Source of the DNA: Candidatus Hodarchaeaceae archaeon
GTDB lineage: Archaea; Hadarchaeota; Hadarchaeia; Hadarchaeales; Hadarchaeaceae
Direction of reading: 5' to 3'
DNA: 37,282 bases
Assembly (NCBI GenBank): GCA_030018135.1
Contig: JASEGJ010000010.1
Span: forward strand, 1-37,282
Positions 27,579 through 37,164 of this stretch are shown here, one piece after another. The translations under genes were made by a program, and so were the position numbers. Position 1 is the stretch's first letter; each line of letters starts with the position of its first letter. The notes under the pieces were generated by a model. That model was not told the DNA's origin. It saw nothing but the letters and a program-made list of their open reading frames with translations, and searched no databases.

Positions 27579-28373
27579 CTAATCTGTTTCTACCATATAT
27601 CTCTTCAGTTTCTCAGCGAGTTCGGCGGGAAGTGGCATAGATTCCATGAGCGTCGTATCCGTACAAACGGAAACGGTCGAGCACTCGGCCACCACTTTAC
27701 CCGACGTGAGATTTTTGATGACATTTCTGAACTTTATGTGCTTCCGTCCAACCTCTTCCACCCAGACCGCGACCTCGATCATGTTGTCCAATCTGACTGG
27801 CCCAAGTATCCTGCCCGAGGTCTCCACGGTTGGGACAAACAGGCCAAACTTGTGGATTAACGCGGCATAGCTGAAACCGAGGCCCTCGAGAAGCTCCTGC
27901 TGCGCCCGCTCGCAGAACCTAAAGTAGTTCGTGTAGTGCATGACTTGTAGGTAGTCCGTGTCCGAGAGGGAGACCTTATAAGATCTCTTGAAAGCGTTGC
28001 TGGGTATGAAAATTTCCTTCTCAGCGACTGCCATGGGTTCCGCTACCTCCGGCTCGATACTTGCTATCGACCCACGGACCCCTAAAGAATTCAGCAATTT
28101 ATCCGTTTCATCCGTGGCCTTTTCTTTCGCCGCTTTTTCGTCGAGCCCAGCATCCAGCAGTTCCTGTGTGCGGATGTCCCGGTACAATGCCACATTTTCC
28201 ATGAAATCTTCTGGGCTGAGCTTACCTATTATCATGCCGGCGTGGATCATGACCAAGTCACCGGACGAGATCCCGCTCGCCGCCACGACGACCTCTTTCT
28301 TAACTCCGCCGAAATCCACGAGGGCTGTGGGACCATCGAGGCTAAGGATTTTTGCTGGAACGCCCCAACACAT
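27579..28373 (-). CDS. HypC/HupF hydrogenase chaperone fused to a YbgC/4HBT-like hotdog thioesterase
   Basis: MCWGVPAKI...VDFGGVKKEV...GDLVMIHAG; C-terminal DTDYLQVMHYTNYFRFCERA. Confidence 0.88.
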   Translation of the reverse strand: MCWGVPAKILSLDGPTALVDFGGVKKEVVVAASGISSGDLVMIHAGMIIGKLSPEDFMENVALYRDIRTQELLDAGLDEKAAKEKATDETDKLLNSLGVRGSIASIEPEVAEPMAVAEKEIFIPSNAFKRSYKVSLSDTDYLQVMHYTNYFRFCERAQQELLEGLGFSYAALIHKFGLFVPTVETSGRILGPVRLDNMIEVAVWVEEVGRKHIKFRNVIKNLTSGKVVAECSTVSVCTDTTLMESMPLPAELAEKLKRYMVETD

Positions 28374-28374
28374 G

Positions 28375-29622
28375 TTAGCCATCTCCCGATCGTGCCTCGG
28401 ATTTAACCGAACTCATCTCGCTGTACCTGGCCCAGATAGCGCATGCCCCCTCCGAGGATACCATACATGGCCCCCACGGGTTCAGCGGGGAGCAGCCCTT
28501 CATGAAGAGGGGGCAGTCCGCGGGCTTAGCTATGCCGACGATGACCTCGCCGCACCTACACCTTGGAGGGAGGTCGTGCTCCCATGGGACGCCGTGGTGC
28601 GCATGGGTGTAAATAAATTCCTTCGGGGTCAAATCCGGCACGTCGAAGTGTTTCAATGCATCATGCTTTTCGAAAAATTCCCCTTTGAGCTTGAGCCCGC
28701 TTCGGGGGATGAATCCGAGACCCCTCCAAGCCGCATATGCCCTTTCAAAGACCTCGTCAATCAATTTCTTCGCGTATTCGTTCCCTCCCCATTTCACGAG
28801 CCGCTTGTACTCTATCTTTACCGCGGGTCTGTTCTCCTTTATCATCAGGAGTATCTGGGCCACCGCCATCAGGACGTCGATCGGCTCAAACCCTGCGACC
28901 ACGGTGGGCAAACCGTGCACCCGCGGAAGGAACTCCCACTCCGCCGCGCCGATTATGGTTGAGACGTGGCCTGGCGCTATAACCCCCCTTATCGGCAACA
29001 ACCCGCGCTCTTGGTGGATCTTGACAGTGTACTTCATCGATGGCGGGGTCAACCTCATTACGTTAAGGAATTTTAGGTCCTCCGAAACCATTCCCCTCGT
29101 CAGCGTCAACGCGTAACTGGGGGCCGTCGTCTCGAACCCTATGCCGAAAAACACGCTCTCTTTTCCTTGCTCACGCGAGTCCCTTGCCGCATCGAGGAAG
29201 CTATAAACGACTTTGACATCGCCGCCATCCACCTTAACTTCTTGGAGGCTGGCAGGGCATCCGGCCTTTGCGCTGCGAAGTCTCAGCGAGTCGCCATAGG
29301 TGTAAATCCTGATGCCTTCCCGCGCGAGTTTTACTGCGACATCGACATAGTACGAGGGGACAACGCACACGGGGCAACCTGGTCCAGCCACCATGTCCAA
29401 GAAAGGAGGAAGGAGGTCCCTCAGGCCGTAGTAGGTTGTGGTCCATTCGTGGGTGCCGCAGAAGTTCATTATCTTGATCGCGTCGCATTTCTCCCTCTCC
29501 CTGATCGCGCTAGCGTACTTCCATATGGTGTCCCTAAGCTTCGACGCTAGCGGTAGGTTCTGCCTGAACACTTGTCTTATGAGTTCCCGGTCATCGAGCT
29601 GACTTTTCAAGTACCGCACCAT
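28375..29622 (-). CDS. hypD: Hydrogenase maturation protein HypD
   Basis: MNFCGTHE, GPGCPVC, GFETT, PGHVS, GFEP, CRCGEV, CPLF..C, GPCMVSSEGAC. Confidence 0.96.
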   Translation of the reverse strand: MVRYLKSQLDDRELIRQVFRQNLPLASKLRDTIWKYASAIREREKCDAIKIMNFCGTHEWTTTYYGLRDLLPPFLDMVAGPGCPVCVVPSYYVDVAVKLAREGIRIYTYGDSLRLRSAKAGCPASLQEVKVDGGDVKVVYSFLDAARDSREQGKESVFFGIGFETTAPSYALTLTRGMVSEDLKFLNVMRLTPPSMKYTVKIHQERGLLPIRGVIAPGHVSTIIGAAEWEFLPRVHGLPTVVAGFEPIDVLMAVAQILLMIKENRPAVKIEYKRLVKWGGNEYAKKLIDEVFERAYAAWRGLGFIPRSGLKLKGEFFEKHDALKHFDVPDLTPKEFIYTHAHHGVPWEHDLPPRCRCGEVIVGIAKPADCPLFMKGCSPLNPWGPCMVSSEGACAIWARYSEMSSVKSEARSGDG

Positions 29623-29703
29623 CCCGCTATCAAATCATGTCTTTAACTATTTAGGCAACGGAAAAAAATTCAGTTTTCCGCAATGCGGTGCCAATGCTGT
29701 TAT

Positions 29704-30110
29704 TCAAACCTTATCCGCTTCGAGCAATAGTCGGAGATCCTCATCCTTTAGGTCTGCCCTATGATATACTCTGACCAAGTAAGCTACCCGATCCGCAACC
29801 GATGACTCAACGCCTAGTTCACCCAAGATTTTTCGTGCAAGCTTTGAGCCTTTTCGGCAGTGGATTTCCATCTTTGAATTCTGGTCTTGAATGTTGCCCA
29901 CAAATCCCCCTCGGTATGGAAGGGAGTAACCAATATCATGGAGGTAAGCGGCTGCGATGAGCAACTGCTTGTTGAGCGTCGATGTTTTAAGGAGCCTTTT
30001 CACGTTCGCGACTACCTTCGCTGTATGCTCGTAGTACCTAGGCACGCTGTTCTCGAATATCTCCTTAACCCTTTGGTCCAGCTTCGTTTCAAGAGCCCGC
30101 AGCCATCTAG
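29704..30110 (-). CDS. HD-domain protein (5' end uncertain, possibly frameshifted)
   Basis: EHT..V, AAYLHDIG, H, EAD. Confidence 0.75.
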
Positions 30111-30506
30111 ATGCTCTGCCTGTCGAACTCGTGCTTCATAAATTTTCAAATTTGTCATTTGAGCTTGCTGAGGAAGAGGTCATCCTGAGCTTGTTCATTA
30201 GGTCCTCATACGTCATCCTGTCTACCAAGCTCCAGTTGAACTCCTCTGCCTCCCTGAACTCCAAACGCAGCGCGTTATATGGACATGCGGGGGACATGCG
30301 GCGTGCGATGTCCCCAAGCTTTCTAGCTCCCCTTTGACCTGACTGAAATTTTCAGCTGCATTGGCTTTTTCGACTACTTGGTCCAGTTCGCCCCAACTTC
30401 TGCAGTATTACCTCGTGTTCCTCCTTCAGTATCTGAATTGGGTGCATGGGATCTAGCGCCGAGGCCTTCCCAATAATCCGGTGAAAATTTTACTTGTCTA
30501 TAAGAG

Positions 30507-31133
30507 CTAATATTTTTTGCACAACCGAACGGCTTGCATAATATGGGCGGCATGAGCGTCAGCGCCCATCTCGTGCGCCAAGCTCTCCGAAGCGGCCGAT
30601 CCGCCGATGATAACCTTTACATTTTTTCTGAGCCCCCTCGCCTCCAACATCCCGACGGCCCGCCACGCCGCATAAATCGCCGTCGAAAGCCGCAGCGACA
30701 TTGCAGCGATGTCAGCTTTATGCCTCTCGACTGCTTTGACGAAGGTCTCCGGCGAAACGAAGACGCCCACATCCACCACCTCGAATCCCGCGGCCCTCAG
30801 CCACGTAGCCACCAAATTTTTCCCGATGTCGTGTACGTCGGGTCCGACCGTCCCGATCACAACCTTACCTAACTTTCCTCCTTCAGGTAACTTCGGTGCA
30901 AGCCTTTCCCGGGCCCTCTCAAACATCTCGGCGGCGATCAAGACCTCCGGCAGGAAAATTTCTTGTTTTTCATATGCTCCCCCGACGGCCATCATCCCCC
31001 GCGATAGGCCCCTCAAAATGGCTTGAGCTGGGATTTTCTGAAGTGTAGCCCTATCGATGTCCTCGAGGAGTCCCCTATAGTCGAGCCTACTTACATCTCG
31101 CTCAATTTCCCTCAAAATTTTAGCCATGGGCAT
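30507..31133 (-). CDS. Corrinoid (B12-binding) methyltransferase partner protein
   Basis: GL..GM..VG..YE..EIFLPEV, GTVGPDVHDIGKNLV, KVIIGG. Confidence 0.92.
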   Translation of the reverse strand: MPMAKILREIERDVSRLDYRGLLEDIDRATLQKIPAQAILRGLSRGMMAVGGAYEKQEIFLPEVLIAAEMFERARERLAPKLPEGGKLGKVVIGTVGPDVHDIGKNLVATWLRAAGFEVVDVGVFVSPETFVKAVERHKADIAAMSLRLSTAIYAAWRAVGMLEARGLRKNVKVIIGGSAASESLAHEMGADAHAAHIMQAVRLCKKY

Positions 31134-32175
31134 GGGCCTTCGCCACCTCCAACACGGCTTTAACCTTCGCCATGGCGCCGGCCTCGCCGAAGCTCCTGCC
31201 CGGGAATGGCCTATGCGTGTCTGTTAAAACCAGCCGCCTGCTGCCGTGGCGGCGCAGGAGTTTTTCCGCTACCCTGGCGACCTCCTGTGGTCCGACATCA
31301 TCCATGAACATGAGCTCTATCGGAATTCCCGTAAAGAAGACCATCTCGCTGACCGCCTTTCGGGCTTTCACGATTAAATCCACCCACTTGAGCGAATCGC
31401 CGACCGTAGCCTTGGGCGCGAAATCGAGCGGGTGGAGCGAGTCGTAACACCTCGCGAGCTCGACTAAAAGGTTTCGAACGAGAAGGTTACCATCCGCGTG
31501 CAACTTCGTGAATTTCCCCCGCTTCCTCACCTCGCCGGCCAGCTTCCTGTGCCAGCGAAGGTAGTCGCGTCGCATGAACCGGGCTGAGTAGTTTGGCCCC
31601 GCGTGGCCGCATGCGTCGTCGGCTATGCGCACCGCGTCGACGTAATTGAGTTCAGCTCCCACCTTCACCAGCTCGAGGATGTATGCGCCGCACCGGTCGT
31701 ACAGCTCGCGGCCCCTGCGTGGCCCCAACTCCGTCAGGATCGAAAAGTCGAAGTGATGCCTGGAGAGCGCCGGGTAAGTCGCGCGTTCAGGGTAGGCGAT
31801 GGGCGAGGGGGGCATGCAGAAGAATTCGCTCTGCTCGGTTGGCCCCAGGACCTCGAATACGACGAATCTATCATTCGTGAACCGCTCCATCTCTTCGACT
31901 TTGTTCATCGTCTCCTCGACGACCTCGTCGACGTCGGGCCAGTCGTACTCGTCCATGTCGAGCCCCTCCGACCACTCCCACAGGTCCCCCCCCTCGCGGC
32001 GCCTGAACGGACCTCCCTTCGAGAGAAAGGATCCCCACCTAGGCACCCATGCATGAATCACGACCGCATCGCCCAGCTCGTGCTCCAAGGTCTTTTGCTC
32101 GCTCTCGAACAGGAGTGGGATTCGAGGCGGCTCCTTGCCCTCAAAGACCGCGTGGACGAGTTCCCTCGAGTTCAC
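31120..32175 (-). CDS. UroD/MtaA-like methyltransferase-family protein
   Basis: MNSRELV..., YDWPD, IADDACG, KLHADGN; overlaps the corrinoid protein gene. Confidence 0.7.
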   Translation of the reverse strand: MNSRELVHAVFEGKEPPRIPLLFESEQKTLEHELGDAVVIHAWVPRWGSFLSKGGPFRRREGGDLWEWSEGLDMDEYDWPDVDEVVEETMNKVEEMERFTNDRFVVFEVLGPTEQSEFFCMPPSPIAYPERATYPALSRHHFDFSILTELGPRRGRELYDRCGAYILELVKVGAELNYVDAVRIADDACGHAGPNYSARFMRRDYLRWHRKLAGEVRKRGKFTKLHADGNLLVRNLLVELARCYDSLHPLDFAPKATVGDSLKWVDLIVKARKAVSEMVFFTGIPIELMFMDDVGPQEVARVAEKLLRRHGSRRLVLTDTHRPFPGRSFGEAGAMAKVKAVLEVAKAHAHG

Positions 32176-32259
32176 CGAGCACCCCTCCTTGAAAAATTTA
32201 ACGCGATGCGCGGGCGAGATGCCTCTTGTAGGAGTTGGCGCAGTGCACGCAGCAGAACA

Positions 32260-32487
32260 TCAACACCACATGAACGCGATGTCAGGCTGCGGTGAAGTTG
32301 CTGAGGTCCCCTTCCGCGACACATTCGATTTGCCCCCATAGGCTGCACTCCTCACAAATTCGCAGAAGCGCGCCGGCAATTTCGGCCTCTGCCCGGCAAT
32401 CACTTCCTTCGATATCTTTATCGCCACAGGGCTCGCCGAGAGCTGAAAGAATTTTCGAAATTTCTTTGATGTCCCCTCATACCTCAT
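32260..32487 (-). pseudogene. DUF169-like protein, N-terminal fragment
   Basis: LSASPVAIKI...RFCEFVRSA then abrupt loss of similarity. Confidence 0.55.
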
Positions 32488-32488
32488 T

Positions 32489-33709
32489 TCATTCAACCCC
32501 GATGTCGTATGACCTAGCTATTTCGTGAAATGCATCCGCGACCTTTTGAAGTTGATCTCGGTTCAGGCCGTAAGTGTTTAATTTTATCAGCTTGGTCATC
32601 CCTGGATGTATGCCGGATATCTTCCTCTTTTTAAGTTCCTCGTGGAGGAAGAACCCGCGCCGTTCATGTTTTTTGGCGACCCTGTGGAAGGATGGGGTTT
32701 CGAAGCTGACGAGGGTGTGCCGCCTCGGCCGTTCGCCAAGTTGGTGGAAGTCCTTGATGCGTTCTAATTCTTTTACCAACCACCTGATTTTCTCCACCTC
32801 CTCCTCCCAGCGCTTCACTCGCCCGACGACGTGCGGGAAGCTCGCCATTAGCGTCGCGATTGGCGCCCCGAACACTGGCGGACATCCGAAGAGGAAGACC
32901 TCTTTTTTAGCGAAGGCACGGCCGCTCCAAGGACCTTTGATCGTCGAAGTTCTGAAAACCTTATCTGCGAACTCATAGGTTGTTGCTAAAATTCCTATTG
33001 GCCCAGATGCAGCCCAAGATTTATGCCCGCTACCCACCAGAAAATCTGCCTGCAACTTTTTGCCGTCTACAGGCATAACGCCCGCCGTGTACGCGGCATT
33101 CAAGATGAAAGGTACACCGTAACTCTTAGCTATTTTTCCAACCGCAGCTGCTTCAGCGAGGTTCCCGTAGCGGTAGTCGGCATGCGTTAGAAGTACCGAC
33201 GCCGGGAGCTCACCCGTTTCTCGCTTGACCTCATCGATTTTTACCGCATAGTCGTCTGCCTTTATCTTGAACTCGGGATAACCGCTGTGCGGCACCTCGA
33301 CTATCTTGAGGCCGTTGAGCTCAGCTGCGATGTAAGTGGTGTAATGAGCAAGCGAGTCGATCACTACCATGTCACCAGGCTCAGTTATTGCCTTGAAAAT
33401 CGCATTTTTTGCGCCCCTTGCGCCTGGTGTGAAGTTGACCTCGTCCATGTTCAAAAACTTGGCCACATCGTCGGCGAAGTCGAATATGGGCGGTTTTTTC
33501 ACCAGGTCAACGCGACCCTCTAAACAATAATCGCAGACGCTGTAGCCGTCGGCGAATGAGAGCAGGGTCTCGCGGGTTTCCGGGGGCAGTATTCCTCCCC
33601 TTTGAATCGGGTGTAAATTGATCCAACTCTCGTCGACCTCTCGGCGGAGGTTTTTGTATATGTCGAGATTTATTTCTCTCACCCTATCGTCCCCAAGAAA
33701 CTGTCCCAC
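32489..33709 (-). CDS. pscS: O-phosphoseryl-tRNA:Cys-tRNA synthase (SepCysS); true start possibly GTG at 33682
   Basis: INLHPIQRGGILP, DGYSVCDYC, HYTT, YGNL, SGHKSWAASGPIG, LFGC. Confidence 0.95.
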   Translation of the reverse strand: MGQFLGDDRVREINLDIYKNLRREVDESWINLHPIQRGGILPPETRETLLSFADGYSVCDYCLEGRVDLVKKPPIFDFADDVAKFLNMDEVNFTPGARGAKNAIFKAITEPGDMVVIDSLAHYTTYIAAELNGLKIVEVPHSGYPEFKIKADDYAVKIDEVKRETGELPASVLLTHADYRYGNLAEAAAVGKIAKSYGVPFILNAAYTAGVMPVDGKKLQADFLVGSGHKSWAASGPIGILATTYEFADKVFRTSTIKGPWSGRAFAKKEVFLFGCPPVFGAPIATLMASFPHVVGRVKRWEEEVEKIRWLVKELERIKDFHQLGERPRRHTLVSFETPSFHRVAKKHERRGFFLHEELKKRKISGIHPGMTKLIKLNTYGLNRDQLQKVADAFHEIARSYDIGVE

Positions 33710-33716
33710 GAACTTA

Positions 33717-33729
33717 ATAACTGTGTTAT
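33717..33729. promoter_or_regulatory. ATAAC-N3-GTTAT operator upstream of pscS
   Basis: ATAACTGTGTTAT adjacent to a TATA-like TTAAATA. Confidence 0.6.
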
Positions 33730-33982
33730 GTTAAATATCCTTTATCGAAAGCAAGGGTCGGCTCGAAAAATCGATATCCGGGGCGATGTTTGCCCTTACA
33801 CATTCGTGAAGTCGAAGCTCGCGCTGGAGGACATGGAGGGCGGCTAGGTGCTCGAGATCATCGTCGACCACGCGCCTGCCGTCGAAAACGTCCCGAGGAG
33901 CTTGACCAACGAAGGGCATAAGGTGCTCGAGGTTAGACAGGTTGGGGAAAGCGAGTGGAAGATCGTCGTGAGGAAGGCTTAG
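33728..33982 (+). pseudogene. TusA/SirA sulfur carrier with in-frame TAG at 33845-33847
   Basis: IDIRGDVCPYTFVKSKLALEDMEGG*VLEIIVDHAPAVENVPRSL..GH...WKIVVRK; start uncertain. Confidence 0.85.
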
Positions 33983-34396
33983 CGAACCTTTATTTCAAGT
34001 TCCTCAATTCTACCACCCTTGCAAATGTAGGCCCTTCTTTCTCTGATTTTTTTCCTTCGTCGCGCCTACGATTAGCCACGCCACGTCGGGCCATAGAGCC
34101 AAGAACTCCGCGTCCCTGCCGCTCACGTGGGCGCTGGCATTTGGGTGGGAGTGATAGATGCCGATGAGCGCCAGCCCCCTTGACTCGGCTTCCACGATGG
34201 CATTGTAGACGAATTCCGCGTCTATTTCGAAGATTGTCGCCGATTCCTCGATATTTTCGGCCGAAATTACATCCTCGACATTTAGGTCCGCGTTCGCCCG
34301 CTCCCCCACCAATAGACCACAACATTCCACGGGGAAGCACTTCAGCGAATGCTCATCGATCGCGCGCAGGTCCTCTTTTTGGATCTTGAGCCTCAT
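33978..34396 (-). CDS. JAMM/MPN+ (M67) metalloprotease; apparent frameshift near the C-terminus in an A-run
   Basis: PVECCGLLVG, IYHSHP..SGRD; ORF ends at 34010, while an alternative frame continues ...RAYICKGGRIEELEIKVR. Confidence 0.88.
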
Positions 34397-34435
34397 CCGT
34401 CCACCACTTGACTAAACCCCCCCTTCCAAATTTAA

Positions 34436-34540
34436 AGAAAGAATTCCACCAGTCTTTGACTGGTGGTAACCCGTAGCTGAGTGACAGCATCCTGAAGTCG
34501 AGCATTTCATGCCGCCGGTCTTTGACCGGCGGTTCTTGAC
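34436..34540 (+). mobile_element. IS200/IS605-type non-autonomous element (PATE-like, 105 bp)
   Basis: Twin hairpins CCACCAGTC-TTT-GACTGGTGG (34446-34466) and CCGCCGGTC-TTT-GACCGGCGG (34512-34532); preceded by TTTAA; ends TTGAC. Confidence 0.7.
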
Positions 34541-34581
34541 AAACAAAAACAAATATGTCGCTAAAATCACGCTCGCTTTTA

Positions 34582-34594
34582 ATAACGTCGTTAT
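34582..34594. promoter_or_regulatory. ATAAC-N3-GTTAT operator upstream of the thiI-like gene
   Basis: ATAACGTCGTTAT overlapping TTTTAATA. Confidence 0.6.
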
Positions 34595-34617
34595 GCTAAA
34601 AATTCTTAGGGTTCGCC

Positions 34618-35283
34618 ATGAGGGAAAAGGTCGTGTGCTTGGTCTCAGGGGGCATAGATTCCCCGGTCGCCTGCGCCTTGGCCGCTAGTAGGTTCGAGGT
34701 TTTGCCGCTTCACTTCTGCCTTTACCCCTACACGTGCGAGGAGACATTCCTCGTGGCGATGGAGGTGCTGAAGGATCTCAGGAAAAAGGCCAAGTTCAAG
34801 AAGGTCATCGTCTACCCCTGGGCGAGGATTTTGGACGCCATCCTGAAGTATCGGGAAAAGAGGAGCTACGCTTGCCTCGCGTGCAGGAAGAGCATGTTTG
34901 AGGTCGCCGAATCCATCTGCGAGCGGGAGGGGGCGGCGGGAATAGTAACGGGGGAGTCGCTCGGGCAGAAGGCGACTCAGACGTTGACGAACCTTGGTGT
35001 GACCTCCCGGGGGATCAAATTTCCGATCTTCAGGCCCTTGCTCGGCTTGGACAAGGAGGAGATAGAGGGGATCTCCAAGCGGATGGGCATCTGGCACGAG
35101 GTACACGCCGGCTGTTGCTTCGCCACCCCGAGGTACCCGCGGACGAGGGCTGAGCTCGAGGTGCTCGACAAGTTCCTCGAGGACCTAAGGATTCGAGAGG
35201 CGATTCAGCGGGGTTTTGAGGGGATTTTGGAGGTCCGCACCTTCGAGGAGGACTTCAAGGGCTACCTCGAGGCACTCGCATAG
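34618..35283 (+). CDS. ThiI-like PP-loop sulfurtransferase, catalytic domain only
   Basis: SGGIDSPVA, CLACRK, TGESLGQKATQTL.N, RPLLGLDKEEI, GCC; no THUMP domain. Confidence 0.85.
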   Translation: MREKVVCLVSGGIDSPVACALAASRFEVLPLHFCLYPYTCEETFLVAMEVLKDLRKKAKFKKVIVYPWARILDAILKYREKRSYACLACRKSMFEVAESICEREGAAGIVTGESLGQKATQTLTNLGVTSRGIKFPIFRPLLGLDKEEIEGISKRMGIWHEVHAGCCFATPRYPRTRAELEVLDKFLEDLRIREAIQRGFEGILEVRTFEEDFKGYLEALA

Positions 35284-35341
35284 TTCTGGGCCCTGCGATG
35301 ACACTTTTGGTCGTCGACAGGGTGTTGACAAACCTTGGCGT

Positions 35342-36165
35342 TCACCTGAGCTTTTCCAAGATCGCGTGATGCCTCTCGCAGAATTCGTGTTCCTTCGGGC
35401 CGAGTTGGGCTAGGATGACCTCCTCCTGCCAATGGCCATTAAAGAGCCGACACTTCCTGTCGGGGCAAAACGGCTCGAGCATGAGGTGATGGAAGATAGC
35501 CTGCATCACATACCCCTTCATCACCTCCGTGAGCCTATCGTCGTCGTAATCGATGAACCTGCCCTTGAACCTCTCCTTCAACGCCTCTATGGGCACACCG
35601 CTCATCCCCAGCGCCGCGTATCGCTGCTTGAGTAGGTAGAACTCCTTGGGCTTGGCGGGCGCCTCGACGATACCAGTGGTGGAGATGATGGAAGGGAGGC
35701 CGTAGACGCTCACGCGCGCGTGGTATCTCCGGTCTCCCTCGTCGAAAGTGGCGAAGAAGCGGTTCGTGAAGATAATGTGAGCATGCTCGATGCTGAACTC
35801 GTCAGTTGGCAGAATTTCCCGGAGCAGCGCTTGGAGCTTGAATCCATCGTAGAGCACCCCAGTGAGCCTGAGGCTGGGGTCGCGAAGGAGCTTACGCTCG
35901 AACTCGATTTCACCGGGGAGTGGCTCAAAGTGCGTGTCTGGGTTCGACGGGTCGCGGATCTTCGTCTTGGCCAGCTTCAGAGCTAGGGCTTCGATTTTAT
36001 CCGGCGAAGTTGCTTAATGAAAGGTCCTCGCACCTCGACCGGGACCTTGCCAAATTTATCCTCCAGACAGCGGGCAATCTCAAACAGGTCGAGGGTCTTA
36101 GCTGAGAGGTCTTGGTACAAGTGGATGCTAGGCAAACGTTCGCTTATCACCGTTGAGTTGCTCAT
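35342..36165 (-). pseudogene. Conserved archaeal putative metallopeptidase (DUF6775-like), one frameshift at ~36005
   Basis: LYDG, HIIFTNR, YHAR, STTGIVEAPAKPKEFY, FC.D..CRLFN.HWQEE; N-terminal part in another frame. Confidence 0.7.
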
Positions 36166-36270
36166 GTAGAGCACCACGTCTATTTTCAAGCAGTTGTACT
36201 ACTTTAAGCGCTCCACCATACGCTCCGAAGGAAAGGATGAAAAGCGATGTGCAAATGGTAACTTGATCTT

Positions 36271-37065
36271 CTATAACTCCTGTAACTTCTGATACGCGAC
36301 TTCCGCTGCTCGCCGGCCGCTGATCAGCATCGAGCCGAAAGTTGGACCCATCCTCGGCAGGCCGTAGGCCGTCGTCACCGCCATCCCCGCAACGATGAGG
36401 CCTGGGTAGACCTCCCCCGTATGCTCGACAACGAGATCCTCGGAGCGCTCGACCCACATGGCCCCGTAGCCCGGCACCCTGATCAGGCCTCGCCGCTCGA
36501 GCAGGCGCACCACGGCCGCGTCGTGCCCCGTCGCATCGATCACGAGCTTGCTCTCCAGCCCGACCGGGTCAACGCATGTCAGCTCGCGGGGCAGCGTCGA
36601 CACGGGGGTCCAGTTGATAACAACGCCTCCCACGCGGTTCTTCTCCCGAAGCACGATGTCGTCGATCAGCGCCATGTTGAGTATCTTCGCGCCAGCGTCG
36701 CAGGCGGCGGCGATCAGCCTTGAGCAGGCGTGGGGACCATCGGCCACGTAAAGGCCCTTCGACGACTCTATGTAGGGGACCCTCAACTCATCGAGGATTT
36801 TTTGCGCTGGTGCTCGAATAGTAACCTTGTTGAGCAAAAACCCGCCGATCCAGAAACCCCCGCCTAGGTAGTTGTTCCGCTCGACGACGAGGGTGTTCAC
36901 GCCTCGCTCCGCCAGCCCCTTTGCGGCCATCAGACCGCTCGGGCCGCCTCCGACCACTATCACATCGCTCTCGGCGTATTTTTGAAAATCCTTCATGAAC
37001 TCGCCGACGATCGCCCTCGTTATTTCCTTTTCCCCCGCCGGTTCAAAGGCTACCATTTCCACCAC
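36271..37065 (-). CDS. thi4: Thi4 thiazole synthase (Cys-type, CVDP)
   Basis: [42 protein letters not shown]. Confidence 0.93.
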   Translation of the reverse strand: MVEMVAFEPAGEKEITRAIVGEFMKDFQKYAESDVIVVGGGPSGLMAAKGLAERGVNTLVVERNNYLGGGFWIGGFLLNKVTIRAPAQKILDELRVPYIESSKGLYVADGPHACSRLIAAACDAGAKILNMALIDDIVLREKNRVGGVVINWTPVSTLPRELTCVDPVGLESKLVIDATGHDAAVVRLLERRGLIRVPGYGAMWVERSEDLVVEHTGEVYPGLIVAGMAVTTAYGLPRMGPTFGSMLISGRRAAEVAYQKLQEL

Positions 37066-37164
37066 CGTCCACCGCTGCTATTTTCAAATCAGCCAAATCC
37101 TCGCCCTCTTGGGTATTAAGTTTTTGTTTTTCAAAGATCTCCTCGCTCCCGCATCGCCTTATTT

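Noticed and set aside
17685-33982. Genome-wide stop-codon reassignment (in-frame TGA and TAG cases)
   Set aside because: Many intact genes in the window end normally at TGA or TAG; isolated nonsense mutations are simpler
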